From IMG/VR virus record IMGVR_UViG_3300020182_000024: DNA of 20,000 nucleotides; one strand, written 5' to 3'. The position numbers and the translations under genes were made by a program. Under the pieces are notes generated by a model. That model saw only the letters and a program-made list of their open reading frames with translations, made no database searches and was not told where the DNA came from. This document shows, piece after piece, positions 17,990-20,000 of this stretch (the stretch's first letter is position 1; every line of letters begins with the position of its first letter). The DNA comes from an uncultured virus (IMG/VR IMGVR_UViG_3300020182_000024) (taxonomy: Duplodnaviria > Heunggongvirae > Uroviricota > Caudoviricetes).

Positions 17990-18173
17990 GTATATTCCTC
18001 ATATGAAGAGGGTATAGATTATTCTCTATATCTCGTAAAGAGTATCTTCCTATATCGTAGGTAGTGTCAGATATATGGCAATTTTCACATATATCCTTTC
18101 TAACCTGAATATTCTGTTTATATTCTTTAACTGGGAGTTGACACTCTGTACAAGTTATGTTATTATTATCCAT
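17982..18173 (-). CDS. Small putative Zn-ribbon protein (63 aa)
   Basis: Two CxxC motifs (CTEC, CENC). First ORF downstream of the leftward promoter, but without a clear RBS. Confidence 0.55.
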   Translation of the reverse strand: MDNNNITCTECQLPVKEYKQNIQVRKDICENCHISDTTYDIGRYSLRDIENNLYPLHMRNIHE

Positions 18174-18277
18174 AGTAATTCAATTTATTATTAATTAAGT
18201 GGGGTGGTATGATTTAATGTGAAGATGCCCCTCCCTTCACGTTCGTATCTTATATATCAAACTATTTAAGATAAAGC

Positions 18278-18307
18278 TTGACTTTCTCTGTAAAATGTGT
18301 ATATAAT
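18278..18307 (+). promoter_or_regulatory. sigma70-type promoter, rightward
   Basis: TTGACT (18278-18283), 18 nt spacer, TATAAT (18302-18307). Confidence 0.7.
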
Positions 18308-18350
18308 AAGTTATAGGTAACTTATTTTGTTTCTCTACCCTATACTTACT

Positions 18351-18379
18351 ATTATGGCATACTTTTTCATAAAAGTCAA
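18351..18379 (-). promoter_or_regulatory. sigma70-type promoter, leftward toward the morphogenesis operon
   Basis: Minus strand TTGACT, 17 nt spacer, CATAAT with an extended -10 TG (TATGCCATAAT). Confidence 0.75.
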
Positions 18380-18437
18380 GCTTTTTATTCACTTTTGTTA
18401 TAAAAAGATTAAATTAATACTATTTACACCTATTTTA

Positions 18438-18466
18438 TTGACATTTTATGTAGAAATATGTAATAT
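18438..18466 (+). promoter_or_regulatory. sigma70-type promoter for the 99-aa ORF
   Basis: TTGACA (18438-18443), 17 nt spacer, TAATAT (18461-18466). Confidence 0.6.
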
Positions 18467-18499
18467 ATACACCTAAACATAACTAAGAGAAGTAGAAAT

Positions 18500-18799
18500 A
18501 TGGATAATATTAAAGATATTTTATGGGAAAAGGGTATTACTACACATCAAGAATATTTAGCTAGACGGGAGTTTTATGGATATATGAATAAGCCATCAGA
18601 AAAACAAGGTGGTATTGATGATATAAGTTATGGTAATATGTCAAGTTACCTTACAGAATCATCTGATAACCAAGATAACAATATAGGATCTGGGATATTA
18701 ATAGATATAGATAAGTTTGGATGGGAAGAGGGGTATGATAGAGAGATGCGGGACTACCTTAATCGTGGTTATGAATCATTTAAGATATATGATGAATAG
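18500..18799 (+). CDS. Hypothetical acidic protein (99 aa)
   Basis: Only credible plus-strand ORF. It is flanked closely by promoters on both sides and has no motif I recognise. Confidence 0.65.
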   Translation: MDNIKDILWEKGITTHQEYLARREFYGYMNKPSEKQGGIDDISYGNMSSYLTESSDNQDNNIGSGILIDIDKFGWEEGYDREMRDYLNRGYESFKIYDE

Positions 18800-18802
18800 T
18801 AC

Positions 18803-18831
18803 TTGACATTTGGTAAATAATATGCCATAAT
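18803..18831 (+). promoter_or_regulatory. sigma70-type promoter upstream of the tRNA cluster (distal)
   Basis: TTGACA (18803-18808), 17 nt spacer, CATAAT (18826-18831) with extended -10 TG. Confidence 0.75.
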
Positions 18832-18882
18832 GGTATATATGGAGTAAGCTTTATTAGTAGTTATATTTATATTAAATAAAGC

Positions 18883-18912
18883 TTGACTTTTGGGTGGAAA
18901 TACCCCTATAAT
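18883..18912 (+). promoter_or_regulatory. sigma70-type promoter upstream of the tRNA cluster (proximal)
   Basis: TTGACT (18883-18888), 18 nt spacer, TATAAT (18907-18912), with an AT-rich UP-like region upstream. Confidence 0.75.
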
Positions 18913-18939
18913 AAAAGTAAGAGATAAGTAAAGGTTTAT

Positions 18940-19015
18940 TGGCGTGTAGCTCAATAGGTAGAGCGTATGACTGTTAATCATGTGGTTGTAGGTTCGATGC
19001 CTACCACGCCAGCCA
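18940..19015 (+). tRNA. tRNA-Asn: tRNA-Asn (GTT)
   Basis: Full cloverleaf: acceptor TGGCGTG/CACGCCA, D stem GCTC/GAGC, anticodon arm TATGA-CTGTTAA-TCATG, T arm GTAGG-TTCGATG-CCTAC, discriminator G and encoded CCA. Confidence 0.96.
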
Positions 19016-19019
19016 TATT

Positions 19020-19118
19020 AGATAAAGTGCGTAGTGCAGTATGATAGGTTCGATTCCTTGTTTAACTCTGGGAGTGATAAGACGTAGTATTGTGGGTGCA
19101 AATCCCACCGCTTTATCT
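19020..19118 (+). ncRNA. About 100-nt tRNA-like RNA with two T-loop arms and no anticodon arm
   Basis: 10-bp terminal stem AGATAAAGTG/CGCTTTATCT, with AGG-TTCGATT-CCT (19046-19058) and GTGGG-TGCAAAT-CCCAC (19092-19108). It sits between two tRNAs. Confidence 0.65.
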
Positions 19119-19125
19119 TTATTAA

Positions 19126-19202
19126 GTGCCAGAAGCATAACAGGTATATGCACTCCGCTCATAACGGAGAGATACTAAGTTCAAGACTTAGGTGGCACAC
19201 CA
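19126..19202 (+). tRNA. tRNA with CAT anticodon (probably Ile2/lysidine type; elongator Met not excluded)
   Basis: Acceptor GTGCCAG/GTGGCAC with a G7.G66 mismatch, D stem GCAT/ATGC, anticodon arm CTCCG-CTCATAA-CGGAG, T arm CTAAG-TTCAAGA-CTTAG and A-CCA end. Confidence 0.85.
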
Positions 19203-19209
19203 ATTTAAT

Positions 19210-19284
19210 GCAACTATAGTGTAATGGATAGCACAAGTCTCTTCTAAAGATTTAGTCCAGATTCAAATTCTGGTAGTTGCGCCA
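19210..19284 (+). tRNA. tRNA-Arg: tRNA-Arg (TCT)
   Basis: Acceptor GCAACTA/TAGTTGC, D stem GTGT/GCAC, anticodon arm AGTCT-CTTCTAA-AGATT, T arm CCAGA-TTCAAAT-TCTGG and G-CCA end. Confidence 0.93.
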
Positions 19285-19287
19285 AAT

Positions 19288-19365
19288 TAATTTGTAGTTT
19301 AAGTGGATAAAACACCTACTACATAAGTAGTAGGAGATGTAAGGTTCAAGTCCTTGCCGAGTTAG
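19288..19365 (+). ncRNA. tRNA-like element or pseudo-tRNA with an aberrant anticodon arm
   Basis: Acceptor-like TAATTTG/CGAGTTA, D arm GTTT-AAGTGGATA-AAAC, arm CCTACTAC-ATAA-GTAGTAGG and T arm GTAAGG-TTCAAGT-CCTTGC. No encoded CCA. Confidence 0.7.
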
Positions 19366-19370
19366 TAAAG

Positions 19371-20000
19371 AGTGTTACAAAATAGCAGTTACTACTTCCC
19401 CTTCCTAAGTATTATTAAGTTAATATGGATGTTGGGCTGTAACACTTACTTAATGCCTTTATCTCGTAGGGGGTATTATTTAAACAGTTTACGATATACG
19501 CTGGCATTGCCTATCGGTGTTAGAAGAGATGAATAACTACTGTGGATTCATAGAAGTTATAGGGTAGGCCATATTGATAATATCTCTACCTGATTAGTCG
19601 AGGTAAAATAATATCCGCAAGTAGGCTCGTAGCTTGCAAGGTAGAGATATTATCAATATTGTACTATATGTAATACAATAACGTGTTTAATGAGTTATAT
19701 GTAGTACATTCAAGAAGTAAGAGGTTTTCGATGCAGTTAGCAACCTCTCTAAATACAAACTAGACCAACTCTGAGATTGAGTATAATCTAGCAAGATGAA
19801 TAACGTGAAATTTCAGCACTTGTCACTTATAAAAGATAAGCCTATTCGTAATACTGTGAAGTATAATAAAATGGGTTTTATAGGTGGCTGCATAACCTAA
19901 CGGCGGCTATAGAAATATAGGATTAGGTGTGTGAAGAGGACGGTGTATTGCAAGGCTATTCTTAGCGTGTTTTGCAATAGAAACAGGTGGATTCGTGATC
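19371..20000 (+). ncRNA. Putative large structured ncRNA (or array of structured RNAs), continuing past the window end
   Basis: No ORF in the track. About ten adjacent helical domains with plus-strand G-U pairs, two GNRA-capped hairpins and a 21-bp perfect stem, located downstream of the tRNA promoters. Confidence 0.62.

Noticed and set aside
18216..18243. GTGAAG/CTTCAC hairpin in the leader of the leftward operon
   Set aside because: A short stem with no T tract and no recognisable riboswitch features; too weak to call.
18769..18981. 70-aa minus-strand ORF
   Set aside because: It overlaps tRNA-Asn and two plus-strand promoters in antisense, so it is likely spurious.
18940..19365. Suppressor tRNA or stop-codon reassignment
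   Set aside because: No CTA, TTA or TCA anticodon is present, and TAA, TAG and TGA all end genes at sensible boundaries under the standard code.
19366..19450. tRNA-associated HDV-like (theta) ribozyme after the tRNA-like element
   Set aside because: I could not build the nested double-pseudoknot pairing by eye. A motif search would be needed to exclude it fully.
19571..19659. Hammerhead ribozyme (CTGATTA at 19590) or retron msr-msd
   Set aside because: The core deviates from CUGANGA and lacks the GAAA strand. The insert is too short for msr-msd and no reverse transcriptase is in the window.
19371..20000. tmRNA, RNase P RNA, group I intron or CRISPR array
   Set aside because: I saw no tmRNA ends or tag-like reading frame, no GAGGAAAGUCC-type P4 motif, no ordered group I core elements and no regularly spaced direct repeats.

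Overview
AT-rich tailed-phage DNA of a myovirus. Positions 1-18173 on the minus strand form one virion-morphogenesis operon. In transcription order it holds two small Cys-rich ORFs, a 1066-aa fibre/beta-rich protein, a 75-aa acidic ORF, a BppU-N/LtfC-like adaptor, TerS, TerL, a small basic ORF, portal, XkdF-like prohead protease, scaffold, decoration protein, major capsid, neck genes, DUF3383-type sheath, tail tube, a tail chaperone with an in-phase T-TTA-AAG -1 frameshift, tape measure and a truncated Dit-like gene. This gene order resembles rV5/Vequintavirinae-type phages (inference from synteny). At 18270-18912 five near-consensus sigma70 promoters form a divergent control hub. On the plus strand, from 18940 to the window end, is an ORF-free RNA region with three tRNAs (Asn-GTT, CAT probably Ile2, Arg-TCT) and two non-canonical tRNA-like elements. 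These are followed by more than 600 nt of back-to-back helices with G-U pairs, GNRA tetraloops and a candidate long-range pseudoknot. This putative large structured ncRNA, in a GOLLD/ROOL-like context and running off the window, is the most interesting feature. All product calls are from motif recognition by eye and from synteny; no database searches were run.
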